Shown piece by piece: positions 1 through 8,951 of a DNA stretch of 64,000 bases (the first letter of the stretch is position 1; the number at the start of each line of letters is the position of its first letter). The translations under genes were made by a program, and so were the position numbers. The stretch is taken from contig JAIPEW010000009.1 in the NCBI GenBank assembly GCA_021736985.1, positions 11,560-75,559 of the forward strand. The letters are read 5' to 3'. The notes beneath the pieces were generated by a model that saw only the letters and a list, made by a program, of their open reading frames with translations, did not search any database and was not told the origin of the DNA. This DNA comes from Clostridiales bacterium. Its GTDB lineage: Bacteria > Bacillota > Desulfotomaculia > Desulfotomaculales > VENG01.

Positions 1-1
1 C

Positions 2-166
2 GCTGTTATCCATGATTTCACCGAGGTTGTTAAACAGATAAGAAAGCTTGCTGCACTGGCAGGAGAAAACAATGATGAATATACAATTGTACTGCTGGGA
101 GATGCAATAGGATTTTATGAGAAAAATATCTGGATGTTCCGTGCATATTTAACCCCGGTTAAATAA
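2..166 (+). CDS. 3' end of a CDS cut by the window edge; product not recognised
   Basis: Frame 2 is open from the window edge to TAA at 164-166 (...EYTIVLLGDAIGFYEKNIWMFRAYLTPVK*). A terminator hairpin follows directly. Confidence 0.4.
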   Translation, partial: AVIHDFTEVVKQIRKLAALAGENNDEYTIVLLGDAIGFYEKNIWMFRAYLTPVK

Positions 167-191
167 AGCAGGAATAATACATTAAAAATTG

Positions 192-220
192 GGCCCCGGT
201 TTATCAAACCGGGGTTTTTT
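192..220 (+). terminator. rho-independent terminator
   Basis: Stem CCCCGGTT / AACCGGGG with loop TATCA, followed by T6. Confidence 0.75.
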
Positions 221-261
221 ACGTGCAATAAGTTGGTGACAGGCACCAACTTATTGCACGT
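221..261. repeat. perfect 18-bp inverted repeat with 5-nt spacer
   Basis: ACGTGCAATAAGTTGGTG-ACAGG-CACCAACTTATTGCACGT. The arms are exact reverse complements. It abuts the terminator T-tract, upstream of splB. Confidence 0.9.
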
Positions 262-310
262 AAGCTTTAATTATAATGTAATATTTTTTAGTAAAACATA
301 ACAGTAACTA

Positions 311-1336
311 TTGAGTAAAGAAGGAGTTGCCGTGTTTAATCCAACAGCCGTTTACATGGAAAAAGGAGCTGAAGAGTATTATCTTGGGAAGTTACTTTTA
401 GATCGTTACAGGCAAATGGACAAGCCTATTATTACAGTAGATGACCATAATAAGATACCGCAGCTGCGCAACTTACCGGACCGTGATTTTATTAAGTTAA
501 AGAGATATTTAATAATCGGTATCAGAAAATCTGTGCGCCTGGTTAAAAACGAGCGCTCTGCTGACTGGATAGTACCTTTTACATCGTCAGGTTGTTCTGC
601 CTACTGCTTGTACTGCTATTTAAATTGTACTTTTTTTAAAAATTCCTACCTCAGGGTATTTGTAAACAGGGAAGATATCTGGAAATCCATTGCGAGAAAA
701 CATGAACGGCTTGATGAAGAAGCTCTTTTTGAAATTGGTTCCAACAGCGACATGGTTCTAGAAGACTGTGTAACTGGAAATCTCCAGTGGGCAATAGAAA
801 AGTTTGCCGGGTTAAGAAAAGGAAGGGCAACTTTTGCTACCAAGTTTGCAGGTGTAGATAAACTGCTGTCGCTGGACCACCGCGGTAAAACTCAGGCAAG
901 AATAAGCGTTAATCCCGCTGATATTGTAAAGAGAGTTGAGATAGGTACTTCATCCCTGGAGGAAAGGGTAAAAGCAGCAAACAAGCTTTATCACAGCGGG
1001 TATAAAGTAGGAATTAATATTGCCCCGGTTATACTGGTCGAAGACTGGGAGAAAAAGTACAGCGATATGTTTGATTATCTTGAGAGCAGCCTGGCAAGAG
1101 GGCTTAAAAAAAAGCTGTTTTTTGAAGTTATATTCATGACATATGGACTCGCTAATGAAAAAATCCTGGCAGAAGCCATGCCTAATGCAGTTAATCTTTT
1201 AGACCGGAATATAATGAAACCAAAAGGTAGGGGAAAATACTGCTATAAGAAAGAGGTTAAATTAGGAGCAGAAAAAATTATTAAAGATGAAATCAAGCAT
1301 AAGTTTCCCGGGGCTTCAATTAGCTATATTTGTTAG
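311..1336 (+). CDS. splB: spore photoproduct lyase (radical SAM)
   Basis: About 340 aa with a CxxxCxxC radical-SAM motif (CSAYCLYCY). Colinear similarity to Bacillus SplB (IIGIRKS, ATKFAGVDKLL, GTSSLEERV). Likely true start is GTG 332, 6 nt after AAGGAG. Confidence 0.9.
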   Translation: MSKEGVAVFNPTAVYMEKGAEEYYLGKLLLDRYRQMDKPIITVDDHNKIPQLRNLPDRDFIKLKRYLIIGIRKSVRLVKNERSADWIVPFTSSGCSAYCLYCYLNCTFFKNSYLRVFVNREDIWKSIARKHERLDEEALFEIGSNSDMVLEDCVTGNLQWAIEKFAGLRKGRATFATKFAGVDKLLSLDHRGKTQARISVNPADIVKRVEIGTSSLEERVKAANKLYHSGYKVGINIAPVILVEDWEKKYSDMFDYLESSLARGLKKKLFFEVIFMTYGLANEKILAEAMPNAVNLLDRNIMKPKGRGKYCYKKEVKLGAEKIIKDEIKHKFPGASISYIC

Positions 1337-1447
1337 ATTGCCGTTTTTTATTTTTTTTTATTCCTCTTAATTTTATTATCTTTTTTAGGAATTGCTTTGA
1401 TTATAGTTAAGCATACTAAAACTGGATGCAGGATTGGAAGGTTGTTA

Positions 1448-2308
1448 ATGAGAGATCAAAAGTTAACCGTAGATATTTTAACTCCTGAGTCAGTTACAGA
1501 AAAGGCTGAAAGTGTAGGAGTAAAAAAAGCTAAGTACCCGGTAAGAACAACATTAATGCTGGGGATTTTAGCTGGTGCTTTTATAGCACTGGCAGGGGAA
1601 TTTTATACAATGACAATTTTCCAGTCTGAGCTTGGTTACAGTACAACCAAGCTGCTGGGCGGGCTGGTTTTTTCTATGGGTTTAATCTTAGTTGTTATTA
1701 CCTCGGCAGAATTGTTTACTGGCAATACACTGCTGGTAATAGCTTATATGACTCGTAAGATTACCCTGGGAGATTTGCTGCAAAATTGGTTTCTTGTATA
1801 TATAGGAAATTTCATAGGTGCATTTGGTGTAGTCCTGTTAATCTTTTTATCGGGGCAGGGTGATCTGGTTAACCAGTCTTTTGCAGTACAGTCTGTAAAA
1901 ATTGGAGTAAATAAGGTCAGCACGGATTTTTTTACCAATTTAGTAAGGGGGGTACTGGCAAATACACTGGTTGTTCTGGCGGTCTGGCTCAGTTACAGCG
2001 GCCGTACATTAACTGATAAGCTGCTGGCGGTAATATTTCCTATAACAGCTTTCGTGGCTTCAGGTTTTGAACACAGTATTGCTAACATGTATTTTATACC
2101 CATGGCACTGTTGTTTAATACATCTCAAACAGTGCAGCAGGCAGCATCATCTTCTATTCCAGGTATTAATATTTCTATGTTAACTGTACCGAATTCAATA
2201 ATAAATAATTTTATACCGGTTACAATAGGAAATATTATAGGTGGAGGTATATTTGTTGGTCTTGCTTACTGGTTTGTTTATTTGTATAAGCGGGAGGGGG
2301 GGAAATAG
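1448..2308 (+). CDS. focA: formate/nitrite transporter family channel (FocA/FdhC-like)
   Basis: Polytopic membrane protein with FNT hallmarks (ELFTGN, GFEHSIANMY). It abuts the FDH genes. ATG 1448 is preferred over the TTG 1397 of the track. Confidence 0.85.
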   Translation: MRDQKLTVDILTPESVTEKAESVGVKKAKYPVRTTLMLGILAGAFIALAGEFYTMTIFQSELGYSTTKLLGGLVFSMGLILVVITSAELFTGNTLLVIAYMTRKITLGDLLQNWFLVYIGNFIGAFGVVLLIFLSGQGDLVNQSFAVQSVKIGVNKVSTDFFTNLVRGVLANTLVVLAVWLSYSGRTLTDKLLAVIFPITAFVASGFEHSIANMYFIPMALLFNTSQTVQQAASSSIPGINISMLTVPNSIINNFIPVTIGNIIGGGIFVGLAYWFVYLYKREGGK

Positions 2309-2773
2309 TTGCAAAGTGATGTGGAAAATTTAATACAGAAATACCGGGAGATTCCAGGAGGGCTTGTTCCTTTGCTGCAGGAGACCCAGGAAGAAGTAGG
2401 GTATCTTCCACGTGAAGTCCTGGAGAAAATAGCTTCAGGACTGAACTTATCTCTGGCAAAAGTAGTAGGAGTGGCAACATTTTATCACCAGTTTTATTTA
2501 CAGCCCCGGGGGAAAAATATAATCAGGGTTTGCATGGGAACTGCCTGCCATGTCAGGGGTGCATCAGATATACTGGCTGCTTTTGAAAAAGAATTGAATA
2601 TTGAAGTAGGTGAAACTACACTGGATCAAAACTTTACTTTAGAAGAGGTTGCTTGTATAGGAGCATGCAGTCTTGCCCCTGTTATTTCAATTAATGATAA
2701 CACTCATGGCAAGTTGGTTGCTGGCAAGATTCCTGAATTACTAGGTAAATATGAAAAGGCGGTATTACATTGA
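2309..2773 (+). CDS. NuoE/HndA-like [2Fe-2S] thioredoxin-fold subunit of a soluble formate dehydrogenase/NADH oxidoreductase
   Basis: 154 aa with Cys pattern C..CH...C....C (RVCMGTACHVRG ... ACIGACSLAP) typical of NuoE. A G-rich SD lies upstream and the gene starts 1 nt after the focA stop. Confidence 0.85.
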   Translation: MQSDVENLIQKYREIPGGLVPLLQETQEEVGYLPREVLEKIASGLNLSLAKVVGVATFYHQFYLQPRGKNIIRVCMGTACHVRGASDILAAFEKELNIEVGETTLDQNFTLEEVACIGACSLAPVISINDNTHGKLVAGKIPELLGKYEKAVLH

Positions 2774-4548
2774 AAAAAGAGATTCTGGTTTGCCAGGGGA
2801 GTGCCTGTGTTTCGTCACAGTCGCGGGATGTTTATGATGCCCTTGAAAGCGAGTTAAAAGTAAGAGGTTTGGAGGAAAAATATAGTTTGAAGCCTACCGG
2901 TTGCCACGGTTTTTGTGAGCAGGGCCCAATAGTATTAATTGAACCGGAAGGTTATTTTTACTGCCAGGTTAAAGATAAGCAGGTTCCTAAATTAGTAGAC
3001 TGCCTGCAGGAGGGCAGTGTATACGAAGAGCTGTTATACAAAAGTTCTGAGACACAGGAACCTTTGAAAACAAGGAATGAAATACCTTTTTATCAAAAGC
3101 AAAAACGGCTGGTGCTTCAAAATTGCGGGTTAATAGATCCCGAGAGTATTGATGATTACATAAATAGCGGTGGGTACAGTAGTTTACAGAAAGTACTCAG
3201 TATGGAACCGGATGAAGTCATTAAAGAAGTCAAAGACTCCGGGGTGAGGGGAAGGGGCGGTGGTGGTTTTCCTACCGGTGATAAGTGGTACTACGGGCGC
3301 CAACCGCAGGCAGACAAAAAATATATTATTTGTAATGCTGAAGAAAGTGATCCCGGGGCTTTTATCGATAGGAGTATATTAGAATGTGATCCTCACCGGG
3401 TATTAGAAGGTATGTTGACAGCAGGTTATGCAATCGGTGCGTGCGAAGGTTTTGTCTATATCAGGTCGGAGTACCCGCTGGCTGTTAAAAGAATATATTC
3501 AGCTATTAGTCAAGCTCTTGAAAAAGGATATCTGGGCAAAAATATTATGAACAGTGGTTTTGATTTTGATGTTCAAATTAAGCAGGGTGCCGGAGCTTTT
3601 GTATGTGGTGAAGAAACTGCCTTGATTGAATCAATACAGGGCAACAGTGGTATGCCAAGACCGCGCCCTCCTTATCCGGCAGAGAAAGGGTTGTGGGATC
3701 GGCCTACAATTGTAAATAATGTAGAAACACTGTCCAACATTCCAATTATATTTGATAAAGGTGCTTCACAGTATGCCCGGATTGGCACACAGCAAAGTAA
3801 AGGGACTAAAATTTTTGCTTTAACAGGTAAGATTAGACATACAGGGTTGGTTGAAGTACCTATGGGTATTACATTAAGAGAAATAATATTTGAAATAGGC
3901 GGGGGTATAAAAGATGATAAAAAGTTTAAAGCTGTTCAAATAGGTGGGCCCTCCGGCGGGTGTTTATCTGAAGGATACCTGGATTTTCCAGTGGATTACG
4001 ATTCGCTGATTGATGCTGGTGCCATGATGGGGTCCGGGGGGCTGGTAGTATTAGATGAAAGTACCTGTATTGTGGAATTGGCCAGGTATTTTCTTTCTTT
4101 TACCAGGATGGAAGCCTGCGGTAAATGTACTCCCTGCCGGGAAGGGAATACCAGGCTGCTGGAAATATTGCAGAGGATTATAGAAGGCGAAGGAAAAATG
4201 GAAGACCTGGACCGGCTGGAGACATTAAGCCGCAATATTATAGATACTTCTCTTTGCGGGCTGGGACAGTCAGCACCTAACCCGGTACTTACAACTTTAC
4301 AAAACTTCCGTGGGGAATATGAAAAACATGTTAAAGAAAGGAAATGTCCAGCCGGTGTTTGCCAGGCACTTTTATCTTATAAAATTATACAGGAAAATTG
4401 TAAGGGGTGCGGTATATGTATGAAACATTGCCCTGCAGGGGCTATAACTGGAGAAAAAAATCAACCGCATAATATTGATGCTGATGTTTGTGCCAAGTGC
4501 GGTGAATGTGTAGATAAGTGCCCGTTTGGTGCTATTGTGCCAGGTTAG
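2770..4548 (+). CDS. NuoF/HndC-like FMN- and NAD(P)H-binding subunit with extra 2Fe-2S and 2x[4Fe-4S] domains
   Basis: Contains GRGGGGFPTG (FMN site), the SLBB region, a CGKCTPCREG cluster, and a C-terminal CKGCGICMKHCP...CAKCGECVDKCP ferredoxin domain. The start overlaps the upstream stop (ATTGA). Confidence 0.85.
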   Translation: MKKEILVCQGSACVSSQSRDVYDALESELKVRGLEEKYSLKPTGCHGFCEQGPIVLIEPEGYFYCQVKDKQVPKLVDCLQEGSVYEELLYKSSETQEPLKTRNEIPFYQKQKRLVLQNCGLIDPESIDDYINSGGYSSLQKVLSMEPDEVIKEVKDSGVRGRGGGGFPTGDKWYYGRQPQADKKYIICNAEESDPGAFIDRSILECDPHRVLEGMLTAGYAIGACEGFVYIRSEYPLAVKRIYSAISQALEKGYLGKNIMNSGFDFDVQIKQGAGAFVCGEETALIESIQGNSGMPRPRPPYPAEKGLWDRPTIVNNVETLSNIPIIFDKGASQYARIGTQQSKGTKIFALTGKIRHTGLVEVPMGITLREIIFEIGGGIKDDKKFKAVQIGGPSGGCLSEGYLDFPVDYDSLIDAGAMMGSGGLVVLDESTCIVELARYFLSFTRMEACGKCTPCREGNTRLLEILQRIIEGEGKMEDLDRLETLSRNIIDTSLCGLGQSAPNPVLTTLQNFRGEYEKHVKERKCPAGVCQALLSYKIIQENCKGCGICMKHCPAGAITGEKNQPHNIDADVCAKCGECVDKCPFGAIVPG

Positions 4549-4556
4549 GAGATGAA

Positions 4557-7247
4557 ATGGTGGATAAGGTAAAGGTTAATATAAATGGGAATGATTATTT
4601 TGTACCTGAGAATTATACTATCTTAAAAGCAGCTGAAGAAAACGGCATTGATATTCCCACGTTGTGTTACGAGGAAGGACTCCCTATAACTGGTGCTTGC
4701 CGTATGTGTGTAGTGGAGGTGAGGGGTGCCCGTAAACTTATGGCAGCCTGTGCTACTCAGGTTAGTGACGGCATGGAAGTTTTAACTGAATCAGAGCGGG
4801 TAGTAGAAGCCCGCAGAGAGATACTCAGACTCTTAATAGCCAATCACGACTTGCGCTGTCTTACCTGTGAGCGAAACGGGGATTGCCGCCTGCAGGATTA
4901 CTGCTATCGCTACAAGGTAGAAGATACTCCTTACAAGGGTGAAGTGAAAGATTTTAAAATTATAACAGATAATCCTTTTTTTATACGGGATTATAGCAAG
5001 TGTATCAAGTGCGGCAAGTGCGTTTCAATTTGTGCCGAAGTAAACGGGGCCCATGTATATGAATTTATAAATCGTGGGTTTGATACAAAGGTTACATCTG
5101 CTTTTGATGACCCGCTGCCGGAAACAACCTGCACGTTTTGCGGCATGTGCATTAATGTTTGCCCTGTAGCAGCCCTGGTAGAGAAATCAACTCTGTGGAA
5201 AGGGCGCCCGTGGGAGGTTAAAAAAGTTACTACTACCTGCTCTTACTGTGGGGTAGGCTGCCAGCTGAAATTAAAAGTAAAAGACAACACCATTATCGGG
5301 GTAGCTGCAGATAAATCTGGTTCAAATCTAGGTCACCTATGCAGTAAAGGGCAGTTTGGTTGGGATTACGTACACTCAAAAGATAGGTTAACTCACCCCC
5401 TGATTAAAAGAGAAGGTGAATTTGTCAGGGTTACCTGGGAAGAAGCGCTGAATTATATTGCTGGCAGGTTTAAAGATATATTAAGCCAGTGGGGTGGGCG
5501 AGCGCTCGCAGGATTGAGTTCTGCTAAATGTACAAACGAAGAGAATTATTTATTTCAGAAATTTATGCGCGTGGTGCTCCAAACCAATAACATTGATCAT
5601 TGTGCCCGGCTCTGACATAGTTCAACGGTTGCCGGTCTGGCAACAGCATTTGGAAGCGGTGCAATGACAAATTCAATGAATGAAATATTAGAAACGGATG
5701 TAATGTTTGCAATAGGAACAAATACAACCGAGGCTCATCCAGTTACAGGTTACAGGATAAAACAGGCTGTACGAAACGGCAAGAAATTAATAGTAGCTGA
5801 TCCCCGAAAAATAGAATTGGTTAAGTATGCAGATTTATGGCTTTGTCATCGCCCGGGAACAGATATTGCTCTTTTAAACGGGCTTGCCCATGTAATATTG
5901 CGCGATGGTTTATGGGACGAGGAGTTTGTAAATGAGCATGGCGAGGGTTTTGAAGAATTTAAGAGTGCGGTGGAAAAATATACACCCGAGCGGGCAGCAG
6001 AAATAACCGGCGTGGATGCAGAGTTAATCGAGCAAGCTGCACACATGTACGGCAGTGCTGAAAAAGCAACTATTATCTATGCTATGGGTATTACACAGCA
6101 TACCACCGGTACTAATAATGTTATGGCGATAGCCAACCTTTCTATATTAACCGGTAATGTCGGGAAAAGAGGGACCGGGGTAGCCCCCTTGAGGGGTCAG
6201 AATAATGTCCAAGGAGCCTGCGACATGGGATGCCTGCCCAATTATTATGCTTCTTACCAGAAAGTGGATGATAAAGAGATAAACAACAAATTTGAACAGG
6301 CCTGGAATGTTGCTCTTCCCAAAGAGCCCGGGCTGACTGTTACAGAAATGATTGATTCTGTTTATCGGGGAAAACTTAAAGGGATGTATATAATGGGGGA
6401 AAATCCCATGTTGTCTGATCCGGACAGTAATAAAGTAAAAAAAAGCTTGCAAGCATTGGAATTTCTAGTAGTTCAGGATATATTTTTAACTGAAACAGCC
6501 CGGTTTGCAGAAGTAGTACTGCCTGCTGTAACTTCTGTAGAAAAAGAAGGCACTTTTACAAATACGGAAAGGCGGATTCAAAGAGTCAGGCAGGCAATTA
6601 AAACTGAAAGCGAAGCAAAGCCTGACTGGCAAATTATAATTGATTTGGCAAATAAAATGAATTATTCCTGGGAATATCCAGGGGGGCCGGAACAGGTGAT
6701 GGAGGAGATAGCTAAGCTGTCTCCCCTTTACGGGGGAATAAGCTATTCCAGGTTGGAGAAAGGTGGTATACAATGGCCCTGTCCAACAAGGAATCATCCT
6801 GGAACCATGTATCTTCATGCAGATGGATTTACCAGGGATAAAGGTAAGTTTCACAGTGTGGAATATCTCCCGCCGGCAGAAGAACCGGATGAGGAATACC
6901 CGTTAATGCTGTCTACTGGGAGAATGCTGTATCATTTTCATACCGGTACTATGAGCAGGCGTTCACAAATGGAAGAATTAAGGTCTGAAGAGTTAATGAT
7001 GATGCATCCTGCAGATGCCAGGGAAAACAGTATAAAAGATGAGGACAGGGTGCAGGTGGAGTCCAGGCGCGGAAAAGTATCAACTAAAGTACAGGTAACT
7101 GATCATGTTCCCATGGGAGTTGTTTTTATGACCTTCCATTACAGGGAGACTCCAACCAATAATTTAACCATTGCTGCTGTTGATCCCATATGTAAAATTC
7201 CCGAGTTAAAAGTTTGTGCCGTAAGGGTAAATAAAGCAGGTGCATAA
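4557..7247 (+). CDS. fdhA: formate dehydrogenase catalytic subunit, selenocysteine-containing (in-frame UGA at 5613-5615)
   Basis: Track ORFs 4518-5615 and 5664-7247 share one frame. The join reads HCARL-UGA-HSSTVAGLATAFGSGAMTNS. N-terminal 2Fe-2S/4Fe-4S Cys clusters plus a MopB domain and a C-terminal molybdopterin-binding barrel. ATG 4557 lies after AGGAGA. Confidence 0.9.
5613..5644 (+). promoter_or_regulatory. UGA(Sec) codon plus SECIS-like hairpin
   Basis: Stem GTTGCC (5628-5633) / GGCAAC (5639-5644) with loop GGTCT, 12 nt after the UGA. It resembles the E. coli fdhF SECIS apex (GGTTGCAGGTCTGCACC). Confidence 0.75.
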
Positions 7248-7273
7248 TAAATTTTATTATAAAAAAGTGTAAA

Positions 7274-7307
7274 GTAAGAAGCCCGGGATTTATTCCGGGC
7301 TTCTTAC
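7274..7307 (+). terminator. rho-independent terminator after fdhA
   Basis: Stem GTAAGAAGCCCGG / CCGGGCTTCTTAC with loop GATTTATT. Confidence 0.75.
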
Positions 7308-7382
7308 TTAAGCGCTCATATTTTCACAATTTATTGTTATTAAACATAAACTAGTAAAAAATGTATGAAAGGAGGTAAAACA

Positions 7383-7640
7383 ATGTCCGGTACTGAGAGT
7401 TATGAAAGGCAACACGGAATGGTCCTGGTGGACCGGTTGTATAATTGTATAGATAGAAATGTAACTGTTAATTTAATGGATGGTACAATTATAAGGGGGC
7501 GACTGGCTTCTGTCGGTCGAGATTACATTGAAGTACGCAGGCAGCAAGACGGCTCCATGCAGAAAGTATTAATTCCACTGAGTTCAATAAGAAGTATTGT
7601 GGGGCCCGCAACAGAAATGCAAATGAGCGATATGTCTTAA
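7383..7640 (+). CDS. small DUF2642/YuzF-like (Sm-fold) protein
   Basis: Pattern VTVNLMDGTIIRGRLASVGRDYIEV...LIPLSSIRSI. ATG 7383 lies after AAAGGAGG. Confidence 0.5.
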   Translation: MSGTESYERQHGMVLVDRLYNCIDRNVTVNLMDGTIIRGRLASVGRDYIEVRRQQDGSMQKVLIPLSSIRSIVGPATEMQMSDMS

Positions 7641-7644
7641 ATTA

Positions 7645-7676
7645 ATACCCTTCCTCCGGGTAAGGTGGAAGGGTAT
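7645..7676. terminator. bidirectional terminator hairpin between convergent genes
   Basis: Stem ATACCCTTCC / GGAAGGGTAT with a 12-nt loop. Confidence 0.65.
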
Positions 7677-7694
7677 TTTATATTGCTCTGTAAC

Positions 7695-8615
7695 TCAAAC
7701 ACCAAATACATGTTCACCTATGCGCATGGTTATGTTTCTGCTCCATATCCACTGGCTTGAAGATTTGACCGGGTTCCAGTAATACAGGCATCCGTAGGTT
7801 GGGTCCCAACCTGCTATGGACTGCTGTGCTGCCAGGTATGATTCTTTTTCTGGAACCCGGTTATATTGCCCGTTAGATACTGCTTCAAAAGCCAGGTACT
7901 GGTAGATTACTCCTGGTATCGTATCAGGAAAAGCAGCACTTTGAACCCGGTTCATTATAACTGCACCTACTGCTACTTTGCCCAGGTAAGGTTCGCCCCT
8001 TGCTTCTCCGGATATTACTTTTGCTAATAAATAAGTTTTATCCTGGTATGACCTGCTTGCATTGTATCCTGTACTTGTAGAAGTGACTTGTGGTCCTGCT
8101 GAATATCCCAGTGCAGACCACGTGCTGCTGCCGGTAACTCCGTCGACAGTAAGGCCGTTTTTTCCCTGGAATTCCCTGACGGCCTGGGCAGTCCGGTAGC
8201 CGTAGATACCGTCTACGGTCCCGTCATAATATCCCCACTGAGAAAGTTTCTGCTGAACCTTGACAACATCATTTCCCCTGCTGTTCCAGTATAAAGTGGA
8301 AACATTTTGTTTTTTTTCAGCAGCATAGCCAAGCGCGGACCATGTGCTGGTGCCTGTGATTCCGTCGACAGCAAGGCCGTTTTTTCTTTGAAACTCTCTT
8401 ACAGCCTGGGCAGTTCGATAGCCGTAGATACCGTCTACAGTCCCGTCATAATATCCCCACTGGGAAAGTTTTTGCTGAACCTTGACAACATCATTTCCCC
8501 TGTTTCCTAAGTACAGTGTGTTGTCCTGGGCTTGAACGTAATTTACCTGCAGCGATAAAATGAAAATTATAATGGCCGGTATAATTAGAACATGTTTTAT
8601 TACCGTGTTGCCCAA
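7695..8615 (-). CDS. sleB: spore cortex-lytic enzyme (SleB-like): signal peptide, 2x PG_binding_1, Hydrolase_2 domain
   Basis: Two peptidoglycan-binding repeats (VVKVQQKLSQWGYYDGTVDGIYGYRTAQAVREFQ) and a C-terminal SleB catalytic domain (GEARGEPYLGKVAVGAVIMNRV...FPDTIPGVIYQ). Confidence 0.8.
   Translation of the reverse strand: MGNTVIKHVLIIPAIIIFILSLQVNYVQAQDNTLYLGNRGNDVVKVQQKLSQWGYYDGTVDGIYGYRTAQAVREFQRKNGLAVDGITGTSTWSALGYAAEKKQNVSTLYWNSRGNDVVKVQQKLSQWGYYDGTVDGIYGYRTAQAVREFQGKNGLTVDGVTGSSTWSALGYSAGPQVTSTSTGYNASRSYQDKTYLLAKVISGEARGEPYLGKVAVGAVIMNRVQSAAFPDTIPGVIYQYLAFEAVSNGQYNRVPEKESYLAAQQSIAGWDPTYGCLYYWNPVKSSSQWIWSRNITMRIGEHVFGV
8103..8504 (-). repeat. intragenic tandem duplication (two ~180-nt copies, 222-nt period) in the sleB-like gene
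   Basis: Copies at 8103-8282 and 8325-8504 encode near-identical 60-aa PG-binding modules. The DNA differs at only a few positions by eye. Confidence 0.85.
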
Positions 8616-8704
8616 TATTTTAGACTCCTTTTGCTGAACTGTTTCTGTAAAGCTGTGCTTTAAATTTTATGTTTACCTGTTTATATATATATTAAACTAT
8701 TATT

Positions 8705-8935
8705 TTAATAACACGGTTTATTTTTTCTCTTGCACCAGAATACTTCTTTCAATATTTTTATTCCTTCTGGTTTTAAATCTAATATACCCTTGTGCTGCAG
8801 TGTCTCTATCCTTTTCCTGGCCATGCCGGTAGGCATGGCCAGGTTATACGCGATATCTTCTAAATACGGGAGCCTGTCGTTATCCACTATGAACCATAGT
8901 ATGCTCTTATAAATGTTATAATCAATCAAGGTCAT
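8705..8935 (-). CDS. small (76 aa) putative winged-helix DNA-binding protein
   Basis: The segment LEDIAYNLAMPTGMARKRIETLQHKGIL looks like an HTH. SD AGGGG lies upstream. Function unknown. Confidence 0.45.
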   Translation of the reverse strand: MTLIDYNIYKSILWFIVDNDRLPYLEDIAYNLAMPTGMARKRIETLQHKGILDLKPEGIKILKEVFWCKRKNKPCY

Positions 8936-8951
8936 TCAGGGAACCCCTTTC

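Noticed and set aside
4518-5615. The track treats 4518-5615 and 5664-7247 as two separate ORFs, with the first starting at ATG 4518.
   Set aside because: Both are in one frame, joined by a Sec-UGA with a SECIS. ATG 4518 lies inside the 3' end of the nuoF-like gene and has no SD. ATG 4557 follows AGGAGA.
6147-6854. Antisense ORFs inside fdhA (6147-6452 and 6486-6854). Similar shadow ORFs lie opposite other long genes, for example 13647-13952, 14261-14570, 34064-34594, 38027-38256, 40151-40447, 55276-55575 and 61020-61277.
   Set aside because: They lie entirely within well-supported genes on the other strand. They have no SD, and their composition is biased or low-complexity, as expected for reverse-frame artefacts.
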